DNA from: a virus
Lineage: Duplodnaviria; Heunggongvirae; Uroviricota; Caudoviricetes
Virus record (IMG/VR): IMGVR_UViG_3300014043_000277
DNA: 64,000 nucleotides
Strand: one strand, 5' to 3'
This document shows positions 1-10,181 of this stretch, piece after piece. Both the position numbers and the translations under genes were made by a program. Each line of letters opens with the position of its first letter. Position 1 is the stretch's first letter. The notes beneath the pieces are model-generated. The model saw only the letters and a list, made by a program, of their open reading frames with translations, was not told where the DNA came from and did no database searches.

Positions 1-2
1 TG

Positions 3-536
3 GAGCTATCAGTTGATGATGAAACAGGTTTGATGGATGTCGGAGTGAATTCACATGTTATCATAATCGGTTCTCATGTTCTCATTGTTGACACGAAATA
101 TGTGAAACCCGGTAAGGATGAGGATCATATTGTGAATTTCATTCAGGATGATGATGGGAACATTTGCCGTGGTTCAAGAATCATGCCTGGAGGTCATGTT
201 GATTTGGATGCCGATTTACGTGCATGGTTCTCATATTTGCAGTCAAATCAGGAAACTGAGCCGTTGAATCTGCTGGGAATGATTTATTTGGATGCGGATT
301 ACATTAAAGTGAATCGTTTCAAATCATGGTGGGAAACATTGAAAACGAAATTCTGGTATCTCATTGAGAAGGATAAATTCACGGAACAAATGGATAAATG
401 GTATGAGCAGATACCGGAGGATGAACGGACATTCATTTCAACGGACATTGTCACTCAGATTGTCATGAAAATGTGCAAACCATATGACAGGCGAGCGCAT
501 GTCATTAACATGAAACCATTGATGACGAATAAATGA
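3..536 (+). CDS. NERD/PD-(D/E)xK nuclease-related protein, 5'-truncated by the window edge
   Basis: Frame is open back to position 3; VNSHVIIIGSHVLIVDTK resembles the NERD DHV-x-IG-xx-V-x-V-[DE]-TK motif. Confidence 0.5.
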   Translation, partial: ELSVDDETGLMDVGVNSHVIIIGSHVLIVDTKYVKPGKDEDHIVNFIQDDDGNICRGSRIMPGGHVDLDADLRAWFSYLQSNQETEPLNLLGMIYLDADYIKVNRFKSWWETLKTKFWYLIEKDKFTEQMDKWYEQIPEDERTFISTDIVTQIVMKMCKPYDRRAHVINMKPLMTNK

Positions 537-556
537 AAACATGGAATAATCACATT

Positions 557-602
557 AAAAAAGGCATGGAAACATCATATTTCGTTCCGTGCCATTTTTT
601 TA
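557..602. terminator. Bidirectional intrinsic terminator
   Basis: GGCATGGAA/TTCCGTGCC stem flanked by A and T tracts between convergent ORFs. Confidence 0.65.
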
Positions 603-614
603 ATTTAATCATGA

Positions 615-755
615 TTATTCATGTGAATGCCGTGTCGTCCAATCATTATGAGCGCAGGATGAGCATAAACCATGAATGAGATTGGATGCAAGTATTGTCG
701 CATGACATCCAATGCAATTCGCATAATCGCGAGTATCATATAATTGTGTTATCAT
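615..755 (-). CDS. Small putative zinc-finger protein (46 aa, CxxC...CxxC)
   Basis: ATG at 755 with an AAGGAAG SD upstream; CIGC and CSSC motifs; upstream TTGACA-17-TACAGT promoter. Confidence 0.5.
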   Translation of the reverse strand: MITQLYDTRDYANCIGCHATILASNLIHGLCSSCAHNDWTTRHSHE

Positions 756-785
756 AATATTATCTTCCTTGATTCCATGTCCGAT

Positions 786-814
786 ACTGTACATGATGAA
801 TGCGTTGTTGTCAA
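786..814 (-). promoter_or_regulatory. Sigma70-type promoter TTGACA-N17-TACAGT
   Basis: -35 at 814-809, -10 at 791-786, 17-nt spacer. Confidence 0.55.
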
Positions 815-920
815 TTAGGGTTGGCATGATAATTCCGATTAATTTTTAATTGAATGTTTTCATGCGAACAGGGTTGTTTTCATGCTTATTTCAGTATGAT
901 GATTTTTCACCAGAATCTAT

Positions 921-1040
921 GCCGTCCACAGAGCGCGTAATCTTGCGGCCTGTGGACGGCGAACGTAATTTGAAATGTGGAAAACCCGGTTTTCGATGCG
1001 TTGCTCATAAAACACGGAAAATCGCTGTCAGAATTGAAAT
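921..1040 (-). repeat. Dispersed 120-bp tripartite repeat, copy 1
   Basis: On the minus strand ATTTCAATTCTGACAG ... GAAAACCGGGTTTTC ... GCCGTCCACAG-N18-CTGTGGACGGC, colinear with 18257-18376 and 38586-38705. Confidence 0.8.
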
Positions 1041-1138
1041 TGACGATTTAATTGCCATATGATGATGAACCAAAAATCAGATTTGATTTCAATGAAAATA
1101 TGGTGATTGATGTTTACATGTATTCAATGCGAATATGA

Positions 1139-1173
1139 AAGAACGCGGAGCCAAAAAATTGTTCCGCGTTCTT
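1139..1173 (-). terminator. Intrinsic terminator after the cpaE-like gene
   Basis: AAGAACGCGGA/TCCGCGTTCTT inverted repeat. Confidence 0.6.
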
Positions 1174-1206
1174 GTTGGTTGTTTCCGTTTTTTCAGGATG
1201 CTCGAA

Positions 1207-2709
1207 TCATCGCGCCTGCGGTTGTTGTTTTGATGTCATCACGAGGCGTTTCGCTACTTCCGTTGGAACAACCGCCTGAGCGAGAATAAAGAATGATTGT
1301 TCCAACTGAGGAACTTCTATTATCGCGCCGAGGTTCTGGTTGTTTGATGCGCCTGTTATCAGTTTCGGGAAACTTGGAACAGTTGTAAGCACATGAGGAA
1401 TCGGCAGATCATCAATCGGAACTGTCTTATCAATCAGCTGATAAATCTGATGCGTTGCGACACGCAGGATTTTAGTGATTTTCTTAGGTCCCATTCCGAC
1501 ATCTTTCATGCCTTTGTTAATGACGATGCCTACTTTTTCCAATGGGATTCCGAAACCTGATGATTCCTCTGGCGTGCATACATTCTGCATCCATTTAGTA
1601 GTATCCAATATTGATTTCAAATCCAAATCGGTAACATACAGGATTTTGTCCGCGATTGGATATATGACATCATAGATGACAGGATCAAGGAAGTACATCA
1701 CGGAAGTGTCAAGTATCACAATGTCATACATTGTAGCAAGAATGCTTATTACGCGACGATACATATCCGGTGGTGTATCCTCAACATAACGCGGGCTTTT
1801 CGGTGCGAGCAGCGCATCAAAAGCGATGAAATCGCCTTCCTGTCGTTTTGATTTCTGAACGATGTCATTGGTGATAAGGTTCCTTGCGACGGATTCCTTA
1901 TTAATATGAGGTTCCTGAGCGATGTTAATCATTGTCGGTTTGCTTGCGCCGAGAACATAGCCTAACTGTCCATCATAGATATCGCAATCAACAAGGCATA
2001 CTTTCAATGGTTGCTTTATTTTGCCTTGGCGAGCCGCCTCACGGGTTGATTTGCCGATTTCCTGAGCGAGGCTGAATGCGACGGTTGATTTACCGGAGCC
2101 GCCTTTCGCTGATGTAACGGTGATTATCGTTCCGCGTTTACCGAGCGTGTTAGTGAATGTGTCATCATCATCTTCATCTTCCGTGTCAAAATCAAAATCA
2201 TCACCTCGTTTATTTTCACGGACAACATCATTGATTGCTTCTTCCGGTGGAGTCAAACCGAGTTCATTAATGAAAATCTGAACGACATCAGGTGAGCTAT
2301 CACCTGAATTCACATAATCCTCAATCGCTTCATCAATTGAGCGCAGAATGTCATCAGCATCAATCCAATACACATGAGCGCCCTGATCGTTTTGCGCGTT
2401 CTGCGCTATCTGGCTTTCAATTTCATCTTTCGGTGTCGTATCGTCCGGGTCATTGAATGAAATGATTGCAACGAGTGCATATGGTGCCATGTCGGCACAG
2501 AACTGTTCAAATGTCTGATCGTGATGACTGGAATCATATAATGCTGGATCCAATATTAGCATTGGCGTCGTGTCATCAATGTTGCCATTGTCAAGATTAT
2601 CATAGAAATCCGCTATTTGCTCTGATGGAATCTGCCAATCCCAATCAGGCTGATTATCCTTGAAGAAATCATGATAATCCGGGCTTCCAATAACTGCTAC
2701 TTTTAACAT
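1207..2709 (-). CDS. CpaE/TadZ-like MinD/ParA-family pilus assembly ATPase with an N-terminal receiver-like region
   Basis: Deviant Walker A SAKGGSGKST, VCLVDCD and YDIVILDT; directly downstream of the CpaB-like gene. Confidence 0.75.
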   Translation of the reverse strand: MLKVAVIGSPDYHDFFKDNQPDWDWQIPSEQIADFYDNLDNGNIDDTTPMLILDPALYDSSHHDQTFEQFCADMAPYALVAIISFNDPDDTTPKDEIESQIAQNAQNDQGAHVYWIDADDILRSIDEAIEDYVNSGDSSPDVVQIFINELGLTPPEEAINDVVRENKRGDDFDFDTEDEDDDDTFTNTLGKRGTIITVTSAKGGSGKSTVAFSLAQEIGKSTREAARQGKIKQPLKVCLVDCDIYDGQLGYVLGASKPTMINIAQEPHINKESVARNLITNDIVQKSKRQEGDFIAFDALLAPKSPRYVEDTPPDMYRRVISILATMYDIVILDTSVMYFLDPVIYDVIYPIADKILYVTDLDLKSILDTTKWMQNVCTPEESSGFGIPLEKVGIVINKGMKDVGMGPKKITKILRVATHQIYQLIDKTVPIDDLPIPHVLTTVPSFPKLITGASNNQNLGAIIEVPQLEQSFFILAQAVVPTEVAKRLVMTSKQQPQAR

Positions 2710-2730
2710 GCTGGAAAATCAACCTTCCTT

Positions 2731-3951
2731 TCATTCAGTTGTTCCGGCGTTGTCAACGGAATCATCTGTTCGCTTGTTCGCCGCGTCATCAGTATCCTGA
2801 GCAGTGCTCTTCTTATTACGCTCTTTCGCTTTGTCAAGTGAGTCGTTCCATTTCTGAATAGTTTCCTTATCGTTTCCTGCCTGCTTAATACAATACTGCT
2901 TATCGGCATCCCAGCGTGAACCGAGATAATATGGTTCACTGAACAGGCTGCTGCACCATGTGATTTCAGCATTAGTCAGCTTAGGAGCACCATTCTTGTA
3001 TTTGATGGTTCCATCATCATTAAGTTCGCTTGCTGAAACATCATAAGGAACGCCGAATTCATTACGACGGACATCAAGGAATGTGTTATCAGTGCAATCA
3101 GCGGAATCAGCGTTCGCATCATCGCATAATGACGCGTTACGAGGCTGCATTTCATCACCGTTATAGGTGAATGTGCTGAACGCATACGCTTGCGCGTTCG
3201 GTTGTTGATACATGTTCTCACGTGGAGACATAACCAGTTTTATCTGTAATGATTGCAATGCTGCATGCAGCATTGCAATGTCTTTCGGTGGCATTGCAAC
3301 GAAATATTCCAATGATTGCCCAGTTGTTACAGTGGTTCCATCCTTTGCCGTCTCTGATGTTTTCTGGCTTGTAGTGAACAGGCACATGACATTGTAATAA
3401 ACGTAAGTGCCGCCCTGTCCCATGGTGACAGCGCCTTCCACTTCGTTACCGTCCTTGGATTCTTTCGCACCCATGCCGAGGATGTCGAAATAATCGCCAC
3501 GCATGATGTTGCCGTCAACTGCATCAGATGAATCCACGGTGAATGATGTTACTGCCCATTGATCGGAAACGCCATTATACAGGCTGGCGCGTCCGCCCGT
3601 ATTTGAATTGGTCAGGACATCTCCTGCGAGAAGATCATATTGCGCGTAAACCTGACCTGATTGAACATCAGATAATCCGATTGATTTCGGAGCGGTACCT
3701 TTCCTTGTTTTCACCGCTTGCATGTCATCAGCCGTTATTTGCGAATGCGCGGGAACATCTGTTCCGAGGACATAATATGTTTCAGTGGCACTGATGCTGC
3801 TGAAAAAAGAATATGTCAATCCAATGAGGACAACGCCGAGAATGACGATGATGAACAGGATTGGATTGCTGAATTTGCCTTTTTTGCCTTTGCCGCCGAC
3901 GCTTGAGCCGGATGACAGTTTATTTTTACTACTTCCGAGAATACTTGCCAT
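2731..3951 (-). CDS. CpaB/RcpC-like Flp pilus assembly protein (TM + SAF domain)
   Basis: N-terminal TM; SAF-like DVPAHSQITADDM...YAQYDLLAGDVLT; RcpC-like AVDGNIMRGDYFDI. Confidence 0.7.
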   Translation of the reverse strand: MASILGSSKNKLSSGSSVGGKGKKGKFSNPILFIIVILGVVLIGLTYSFFSSISATETYYVLGTDVPAHSQITADDMQAVKTRKGTAPKSIGLSDVQSGQVYAQYDLLAGDVLTNSNTGGRASLYNGVSDQWAVTSFTVDSSDAVDGNIMRGDYFDILGMGAKESKDGNEVEGAVTMGQGGTYVYYNVMCLFTTSQKTSETAKDGTTVTTGQSLEYFVAMPPKDIAMLHAALQSLQIKLVMSPRENMYQQPNAQAYAFSTFTYNGDEMQPRNASLCDDANADSADCTDNTFLDVRRNEFGVPYDVSASELNDDGTIKYKNGAPKLTNAEITWCSSLFSEPYYLGSRWDADKQYCIKQAGNDKETIQKWNDSLDKAKERNKKSTAQDTDDAANKRTDDSVDNAGTTE

Positions 3952-4040
3952 GATTCTGTAATATCATCCTTTCATTTATAAAAACGGATTCAAAATGTTA
4001 TCAGAATAATGAATATCCATTGATACAGGTATTCATTATA

Positions 4041-5114
4041 TTATTTATCATTTCTAACGGCATTATATTCAACAATGTTATCAAAAGTCCTGATTTCATC
4101 AAATGCAGGTTCAAGTGAATCGGATGATGGCTTCCACCATGCAATCAATGGCTGCAATCCATCATGACCACGATTATCCTTGTTTTTGCATGCTTTGCAA
4201 TCATTTGAGCATGACATTGGAATGACTTGTTTCAAACCATCCATCTGCCATGTGTTCCATGAAACCGCTGAATACAATTCACGGACATATGTAATCGATG
4301 GTTTCTTTTTGAATAATTCCTCATGCCATTCAATGATATCATTCACAATGTTCATTCTTGCGATGAGCAGGTTATCGCCTTGCCATTCATAAGCATAAGT
4401 TGCTTTCAATACAATCATTGCCAGCATCCGCCAGATTTCAGGTTTCAGCCATTCCTTGTTTTCGCTTATTACGCGCAGTTTCCTGTCCAATAATCCTGAC
4501 CGCATGAAACCATTGTTTTCATCATATACTGGAATGATTTCACCGGATGTCGTGTCATAACGCTGAGCGACATATGGCGCTTCCCCGCAGGTGATTTCCA
4601 TTCGTTTTGATAGGATGAATCTTATGCGTTCATTATCATCATTGAATGGCACTGGTTTCATGTTCGGAATCCATGATGTTCCATCAACATGTCCGAACAC
4701 ATGTTCTTGTCCGAGAATCCTATCATCCGCGAGATCATTCTGATATGAGCACACCCATGATGGCGTGAAAACCTCGGCTTTTGTTTTCGTCCGCGATTTC
4801 CGCGCTTCCTTGCTTTTCATGACACGGGTTTCAATATTAGTCAAATCATTGATTGTAATGGCATCATTGAACGCATTCCCATCATCATTCCCTGTCGCCC
4901 ATATGATTGGTTTCACGGTTATAATCGGTTTGATTTCAGGTGATTGCATGATGCCATTATCATCCTCATCATCGAATAATCCTTCTGCTTTCACATAATC
5001 ATTCATTTCATGCCATGATTTCATGTAATCATCATGATTACCAAGAACATGCGTTGATAATAATGATTCAAGGCATTTCTTATCGTCAGGCCATTTCATA
5101 ATAGTGTCAGTCAT
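4041..5114 (-). CDS. R-M 'subunit M'-like DNA methyltransferase N-terminal module
   Basis: AEVFTPSW, motif-I-like EITCGEAPY and YAYEWQGDNLLIAR; no NPPY motif seen. Confidence 0.6.
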   Translation of the reverse strand: MTDTIMKWPDDKKCLESLLSTHVLGNHDDYMKSWHEMNDYVKAEGLFDDEDDNGIMQSPEIKPIITVKPIIWATGNDDGNAFNDAITINDLTNIETRVMKSKEARKSRTKTKAEVFTPSWVCSYQNDLADDRILGQEHVFGHVDGTSWIPNMKPVPFNDDNERIRFILSKRMEITCGEAPYVAQRYDTTSGEIIPVYDENNGFMRSGLLDRKLRVISENKEWLKPEIWRMLAMIVLKATYAYEWQGDNLLIARMNIVNDIIEWHEELFKKKPSITYVRELYSAVSWNTWQMDGLKQVIPMSCSNDCKACKNKDNRGHDGLQPLIAWWKPSSDSLEPAFDEIRTFDNIVEYNAVRNDK

Positions 5115-5151
5115 ATGTTAATCCAATCTTTCCATGCTGAAACGCATACTG

Positions 5152-6264
5152 TTATTTTTGTTCTCTGTGGATGAGCGCGCGTTTCCATTCCGCCATCATC
5201 TGAGGTCCGCGATACATGAATGCAGTGATTCCAGATACAAGATCGGCTCCCTCATCAAGTTTGCGCAAAGCGTCATCCGGCGTTATCGTTCCACCGATTC
5301 CATTGATGACGAACCTGTCATCATAGTTTTTACGAACGAGTTTTATCGCGTTTTCATTGCATTCCTGTGTCGGCAGTCCGGAAATGTTACCGAGCCAATC
5401 ATCAGGTATTTGCAATCCTGTCCTATCCCTGCGCAGATTGCATACACTGACTCCATTGATGAATGCATGTGCTGCGAGAACATCAAGTATCGGAATGAGT
5501 TCATTCGCGTTCATGAAACTTGGACATTTCACCATGACGGGTTTATTGATTTGCCTTTTAGCGATTTCGTCCATGAGTGTGTTCACATTGTGCGCATCAG
5601 TGAACGGTTCACCGAATTGTAGGTTCGGGCATGAAATGTTGATTTCAATCCCATTGAAACCAACATCTGTGTTAATGACATCAAATGCTTTCAGATAATC
5701 ATCAATCATTCCATCCAATTGATTCTCATATTGTTTATTTGACGGTCCAACGCTTCCGAATAGCAGCATTCCATGTTTGCGTTTAGCGGATGATGCGCGT
5801 TTCGCGACTATTTCCGCGCCTTCGCTGGGAAGTCCGGCATGAACCATGAGAGCGGTTTGTTCAGGCAGACGATGATACCATGGACGCGGATTTCCTTTTG
5901 AATAGGTTCCTGTCATTGTTCCCACTGTTTCAAATCCCCATCCTGCTGAATCCAGGCATGTGGTGAGATTGCCTGTTTTATCCAATCCGGCTGAAAGTCC
6001 GAATGGATTCATAAAATGCAATCCCATGATGTCACGTTCCAATGAACCTGATTCCACTTCCGTGAACAAATGCAATAATCCCATTAAACCGGGGATTTTC
6101 TCAGCGACTTTACAGAATGAAACCATTTGCTCATGCAGTTTATCAGGTTCAGTATGGAAAACATATGGTTTCACAAGATGCATGTATGTCCATCCCATGA
6201 GACCAATGCCAGCATTATGAATCACCGGTTTCCTTTCAGTGTTTGTATTATCAGTTGTTGTCAT
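5152..6264 (-). CDS. pyrD: Dihydroorotate dehydrogenase (class 2, quinone)
   Basis: NPFGLSAGLDK, GNPRP, EINISCPN, GNISG, INGIGG and YRGP motifs; start 6264 chosen from TGATATCAT-N7-ATG. Confidence 0.88.
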   Translation of the reverse strand: MTTTDNTNTERKPVIHNAGIGLMGWTYMHLVKPYVFHTEPDKLHEQMVSFCKVAEKIPGLMGLLHLFTEVESGSLERDIMGLHFMNPFGLSAGLDKTGNLTTCLDSAGWGFETVGTMTGTYSKGNPRPWYHRLPEQTALMVHAGLPSEGAEIVAKRASSAKRKHGMLLFGSVGPSNKQYENQLDGMIDDYLKAFDVINTDVGFNGIEINISCPNLQFGEPFTDAHNVNTLMDEIAKRQINKPVMVKCPSFMNANELIPILDVLAAHAFINGVSVCNLRRDRTGLQIPDDWLGNISGLPTQECNENAIKLVRKNYDDRFVINGIGGTITPDDALRKLDEGADLVSGITAFMYRGPQMMAEWKRALIHREQK

Positions 6265-6277
6265 GTCATCAATGATA

Positions 6278-7444
6278 TCATCTGCGGAATGGTTTCGGTT
6301 CATTGGAACCATATCGGATTGGTTGTTGAACCGGATTATTCATGTTTGATGCTTGCGTTGGATTCATTTGGAATTGCCTGTATTGTTGTATTTGAGGTTG
6401 ATTATTCTGTTGTAATGGTGTTTCCATTCTGTCAGCGACGCTCAAACCATAATCATTTCGAATGACGGCTCCCATTCCTTTAAGCGTGTTGATGCGTTCT
6501 TCCAATGGCGGATGCGTCGCGTTCAATGATTTCAAGCCTTTTATTCGCGGAATCCAGAATGCGAGCTGGCCTGCTTTCTGATTGAATGATTGTGCGGCGT
6601 CCGGATTGATGCTACCATCATCCATTGCGAGCTTATTCAATGCGTTCGCGAGAGCTGATGGATTTCGGGTGTAATCAACTGACATCATGTCAGCATTGGA
6701 TTCGCGTGTACGACTCATGTATAATTCTGTGATTTTCGCAAGTATCGGCGCGATGAGAAGGAACAGGAATGCGATTATGATTATGATCAACGCGATGGGA
6801 TTTGAACCGGAATTTGAATCATTGTCTTTTTTCTGTGAACGATGCGAACCATAACCATTCCCTGTTAAACGCAATGCCATTCCTGATATCGCTGCGGTGA
6901 ATGCAGTCAATGCCACCAGTGTTGTCATTGCCTCACTGTCGCCGGATGCGATATGTCCTATTTCGTGTCCGACAACACCTTGTAATTCCTCGCGTGTCAT
7001 CATGTTCAACAGTCTGTCCGTGATTATTATCCGGTTCCGTTCTTTATCGGATACGGCATAAGCATTGGATATCGGACTGTTCAACACTATCCATACTTCC
7101 GGCATTTTCACTTTCGCCGCGATTGCCATTTCCTGAACGACATCATATACAATGCCGTTATTCACGCGAATCATATTGCCATCAACGGCCCCCATGAGGG
7201 TTTTGCTTGCGCCTTTTTTGATTTTCATTGTTATCAATGCGGATAATACGAATGATATGATTCCGGTGATGGCAATGAAAACCGCTATTTCGCCATTACT
7301 TGAATTCACCACCATGAACAACACGATGAGAGCCGCTTCTATTGTCAATGCGAGAACCATGAAATTCATGAACCATGCTATTGCAATCGCTTTTTTAAGA
7401 TTCGCTATTTCCTGTCTGAAATCAGATGATGCCATTGTTCTCAT
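6278..7444 (-). CDS. htpX: HtpX-like M48 zinc metalloprotease
   Basis: TM segments, HEIGH (HExxH), SRTRE..AD and THPPLEERI; downstream of lemA. Confidence 0.88.
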   Translation of the reverse strand: MRTMASSDFRQEIANLKKAIAIAWFMNFMVLALTIEAALIVLFMVVNSSNGEIAVFIAITGIISFVLSALITMKIKKGASKTLMGAVDGNMIRVNNGIVYDVVQEMAIAAKVKMPEVWIVLNSPISNAYAVSDKERNRIIITDRLLNMMTREELQGVVGHEIGHIASGDSEAMTTLVALTAFTAAISGMALRLTGNGYGSHRSQKKDNDSNSGSNPIALIIIIIAFLFLLIAPILAKITELYMSRTRESNADMMSVDYTRNPSALANALNKLAMDDGSINPDAAQSFNQKAGQLAFWIPRIKGLKSLNATHPPLEERINTLKGMGAVIRNDYGLSVADRMETPLQQNNQPQIQQYRQFQMNPTQASNMNNPVQQPIRYGSNEPKPFRR

Positions 7445-7542
7445 TGCCTTTCATTCAACATTATGGAAAACCGGATGAGGGATGCTGTTCTCATAAGTGT
7501 TATCCCATCATCCGGTTCATAATATTTTTGATTAAAATTATG

Positions 7543-8106
7543 TCAGAATGACACTTTCGGTGCTGTGCGCGCTTCTTCATTGTCAATTTCAAACATGTCG
7601 CCTTCATGGAAATTCAATGTGTTCGCTATTATTGAACTTGGGAACATTTGAATCGCGGTGTTATATGAACTGGTTGACTTGTTATATGTTTGACGGGCGA
7701 ATGCAAGCTGGTTCTCGGTTGTTGTCAATTCCTCCTGCAAGGCAAGGTAATTCTGGTTCGCCTGTAATTGCGGATATGCTTCCGTCAATGCGTTCACGGC
7801 GACGGTCAATGCCTTGTCCGCGTTCGCTGCTTCTTTCACATTGCCTGATTTCAATGCGTTCATGCCTGCATTGCGAGCATTGATGACGGCAGCGAGAGTG
7901 CTGGATTCATGTTTCGCGTAACCTTTCACTGTTTCAACGAGGTTCGGAATGAGATCGAACCTGCGTTGCATTTGAACATCAATGTTGCTCCAATCTTCCT
8001 TGCATTGTTGTTTTAAACGGACGAGATTGTTCTGGACTCCGACAACCCATGCTATACCGCCTATGATAAGCGCAAGAATTATTACGAGAACTATTATGAT
8101 AGCCAT
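7543..8106 (-). CDS. lemA: LemA family protein
   Basis: WSNIDVQMQRRFDLIPNLVETVKGYAKHE and EAYPQLQAN; GAAAGGA SD before ATG 8106. Confidence 0.92.
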   Translation of the reverse strand: MAIIIVLVIILALIIGGIAWVVGVQNNLVRLKQQCKEDWSNIDVQMQRRFDLIPNLVETVKGYAKHESSTLAAVINARNAGMNALKSGNVKEAANADKALTVAVNALTEAYPQLQANQNYLALQEELTTTENQLAFARQTYNKSTSSYNTAIQMFPSSIIANTLNFHEGDMFEIDNEEARTAPKVSF

Positions 8107-8150
8107 TTTATTTTCTGTCCTTTCAAAATATCCAATTGCTATCTGAAATA

Positions 8151-8777
8151 TCATTTCATGTTCGCAATGAGTGAATGCAGGCTCAAATCATGATTCCAAT
8201 CATATGATGCGAGGTCATTAAGATAATTGCGTTTCAATTCACCTGATTGCTTATATATAGTGTAATTGAACGATTCATGAGTTATAGTGTAATTGAATGA
8301 TTTATGAGTGAACGATGGCGCAAGATTTGCCGCTTCCCGTTTCGGGTCCTCCAATCGTGCGCATTGCCTGCATATCGGCTGAATCCATTCGTCATTTGCT
8401 ATGTTTTGAATGTTGCCGCATTTGATGCATGCATGATATGCAATGATTTCATAAACGGATGCGACAGCGGACATGGCATCAGTCATTCCATCGGCATAGA
8501 ATCTTAATGAACCGAATTTTTCCTTGATTTGAACAAGTTTGAATTTTGAATCAAATGAATGATCCTCATCGTTTTCATCAGGTGGAATATAAGTGTTCTT
8601 TTTTGCGATTTCCATGTCATTGATGAGTTCAGCGCCGAATGCTATCGCCCATCCTGCATCCAATCCGCATATTGTCGCGTCAATCCAATCATAATCATCC
8701 ATGAGAGATTCATACACATCGCACATGTTCCCGTTATGCTCATGAATGAGTTTTCGCAAATCAGTTGTTCTAATCAT
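8151..8777 (-). CDS. Hypothetical protein with a QIKEKFGSLRFY motif and CxxC pairs (motif typical of phage/plasmid proteins)
   Basis: ORF; start 8777 from TGCTATCAT-N7-ATG. Confidence 0.6.
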   Translation of the reverse strand: MIRTTDLRKLIHEHNGNMCDVYESLMDDYDWIDATICGLDAGWAIAFGAELINDMEIAKKNTYIPPDENDEDHSFDSKFKLVQIKEKFGSLRFYADGMTDAMSAVASVYEIIAYHACIKCGNIQNIANDEWIQPICRQCARLEDPKREAANLAPSFTHKSFNYTITHESFNYTIYKQSGELKRNYLNDLASYDWNHDLSLHSLIANMK

Positions 8778-8815
8778 GCATTCAATGATAGCATATGAGT
8801 ATATATACAATAAGA

Positions 8816-8855
8816 ACAGGCATGAAATTGATGATGGATTCAATTTCATGCCTGT
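8816..8855 (-). terminator. Hairpin/terminator
   Basis: 16-bp inverted repeat ACAGGCATGAAATTGA/TCAATTTCATGCCTGT. Confidence 0.55.
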
Positions 8856-8913
8856 GAATGATTCTAACGCGGGTCTGACGCGCTTAAACAATAATCATGA
8901 ATAAGGTTTCATA

Positions 8914-8949
8914 TTCATGTGTTCATGCCGTTTCATGTGTTCATGCCGT
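8914..8949. repeat. 18-bp tandem duplication TTCATGTGTTCATGCCGT x2
   Basis: Exact direct repeat at 8914-8931 and 8932-8949. Confidence 0.8.
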
Positions 8950-8960
8950 CAGAACGGCGT

Positions 8961-9350
8961 TCAGATGGCACAGCGCGGGTCTTTTTCAACGACGCATTTC
9001 TGATTGACGAGATTCTGAACTTCATCATAGCGATCACCGAGCAGTTTCCTGCGTTCCTCGCCGGTCGCGTATTTGCCTTCAATGACTTCCTCGACTATCA
9101 CGTTGATGTCACGGCTGTCCCGTCCCTGTGCGTCCAGAACCGGCTTATCTGATTTCGATGCCGTGTCATTACCGGGTGCCTTGTCAGTGCTTTTCTTCTG
9201 ATAACGGTATTGGCTGTCAGGATTGAACACATCCGTAGCGCCGGGCTGATCAGTTTCATTGCCTATCATTGACGGCGCTGAGCATGATGCCAATGAAACC
9301 AGCATTAATGTGCTGATTGCGATTACAATGATTTTCTTTAATGTTTTCAT
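8961..9350 (-). CDS. Lipoprotein with a CW_7 (Cpl-7-type) cell-wall-binding repeat
   Basis: Lipobox LASC; IVEEVIEGKYATGEERRKLLGDRYDEVQNLVN matches the CW_7 pattern. Confidence 0.7.
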   Translation of the reverse strand: MKTLKKIIVIAISTLMLVSLASCSAPSMIGNETDQPGATDVFNPDSQYRYQKKSTDKAPGNDTASKSDKPVLDAQGRDSRDINVIVEEVIEGKYATGEERRKLLGDRYDEVQNLVNQKCVVEKDPRCAI

Positions 9351-9368
9351 GTAATCATTAATATCTCA

Positions 9369-10076
9369 TTAATATCCTATGTGCGAACCATGATCCAATG
9401 GTTCAAGCAAATAACCGGTTCTTCTGTTCGAATCATGAATCCATGCAAGCATTTCATCATATTGCGGACGGCTGATTCCAATACGGTCATCAGGTCGAAT
9501 GAACAGGCATGATGCGGGTGTCGCGGTTTCAATAATGCTGATTGTCCAGTTCAACACCATTTCATCATCAATCCAGATTATCGGTGTGAGATACGGAATG
9601 AGTTCGTCATCCGGTAATCCGGGATGAGCATGTCTCGCGTTCATGTAATCGTTTCGTGCGAAAGATTCCAACCAGTCGATTTTATGCGTTTGATTCGGTA
9701 TAAGATTAGTGTCATACCATTCAGCGGTGCCGACATTCCGAAAACCGAGAACCCTATTCAGCGTATCGGTGTACGGTTGCCATGTTGACAGCCATGTGCA
9801 GTCAATGGAACCATTTGAAACCAATGATGAAATGTTGCAGGCGAGTTCCATGGAATAATGAATTCGCAGTTTCATAAGTTCCATGTCTGATGGTCGCATG
9901 ATTTCAATGCGTTCATTGCCATCCAATGCGAATGCGTTCGATGCGTCATACACTGGTTTGCGCGGATCATTGTCTTTCATCCAATCAGTATGTCCGATGC
10001 CGCCACGCCTTAATACTTTCTCCTCCGGGAAAGCATTCAAAACGCCATCAAAATCAATGAAAACATGTGGTTTCAT
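9369..10076 (-). CDS. HAD-superfamily protein (RNA-repair 'Swiss Army Knife' HAD-like)
   Basis: FIDFDGVLN, WLSTW and WIDDE motifs. Confidence 0.7.
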   Translation of the reverse strand: MKPHVFIDFDGVLNAFPEEKVLRRGGIGHTDWMKDNDPRKPVYDASNAFALDGNERIEIMRPSDMELMKLRIHYSMELACNISSLVSNGSIDCTWLSTWQPYTDTLNRVLGFRNVGTAEWYDTNLIPNQTHKIDWLESFARNDYMNARHAHPGLPDDELIPYLTPIIWIDDEMVLNWTISIIETATPASCLFIRPDDRIGISRPQYDEMLAWIHDSNRRTGYLLEPLDHGSHIGY

Positions 10077-10181
10077 ACTATTCCTTTCAATAAATCAGTA
10101 TTCGTATGCGCGTTCGCGCGGTTTCATTATCCTGCGTTGTTCCGCATTGTTCATCGTGCTATATTTTTCATATGGATTCTG

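Noticed and set aside
8860-8961. Possible fourth copy of the 120-bp repeat (CCGTCAGAA core)
   Set aside because: Only about 9 nt of box A match; the palindrome and hairpin are missing at the expected offsets
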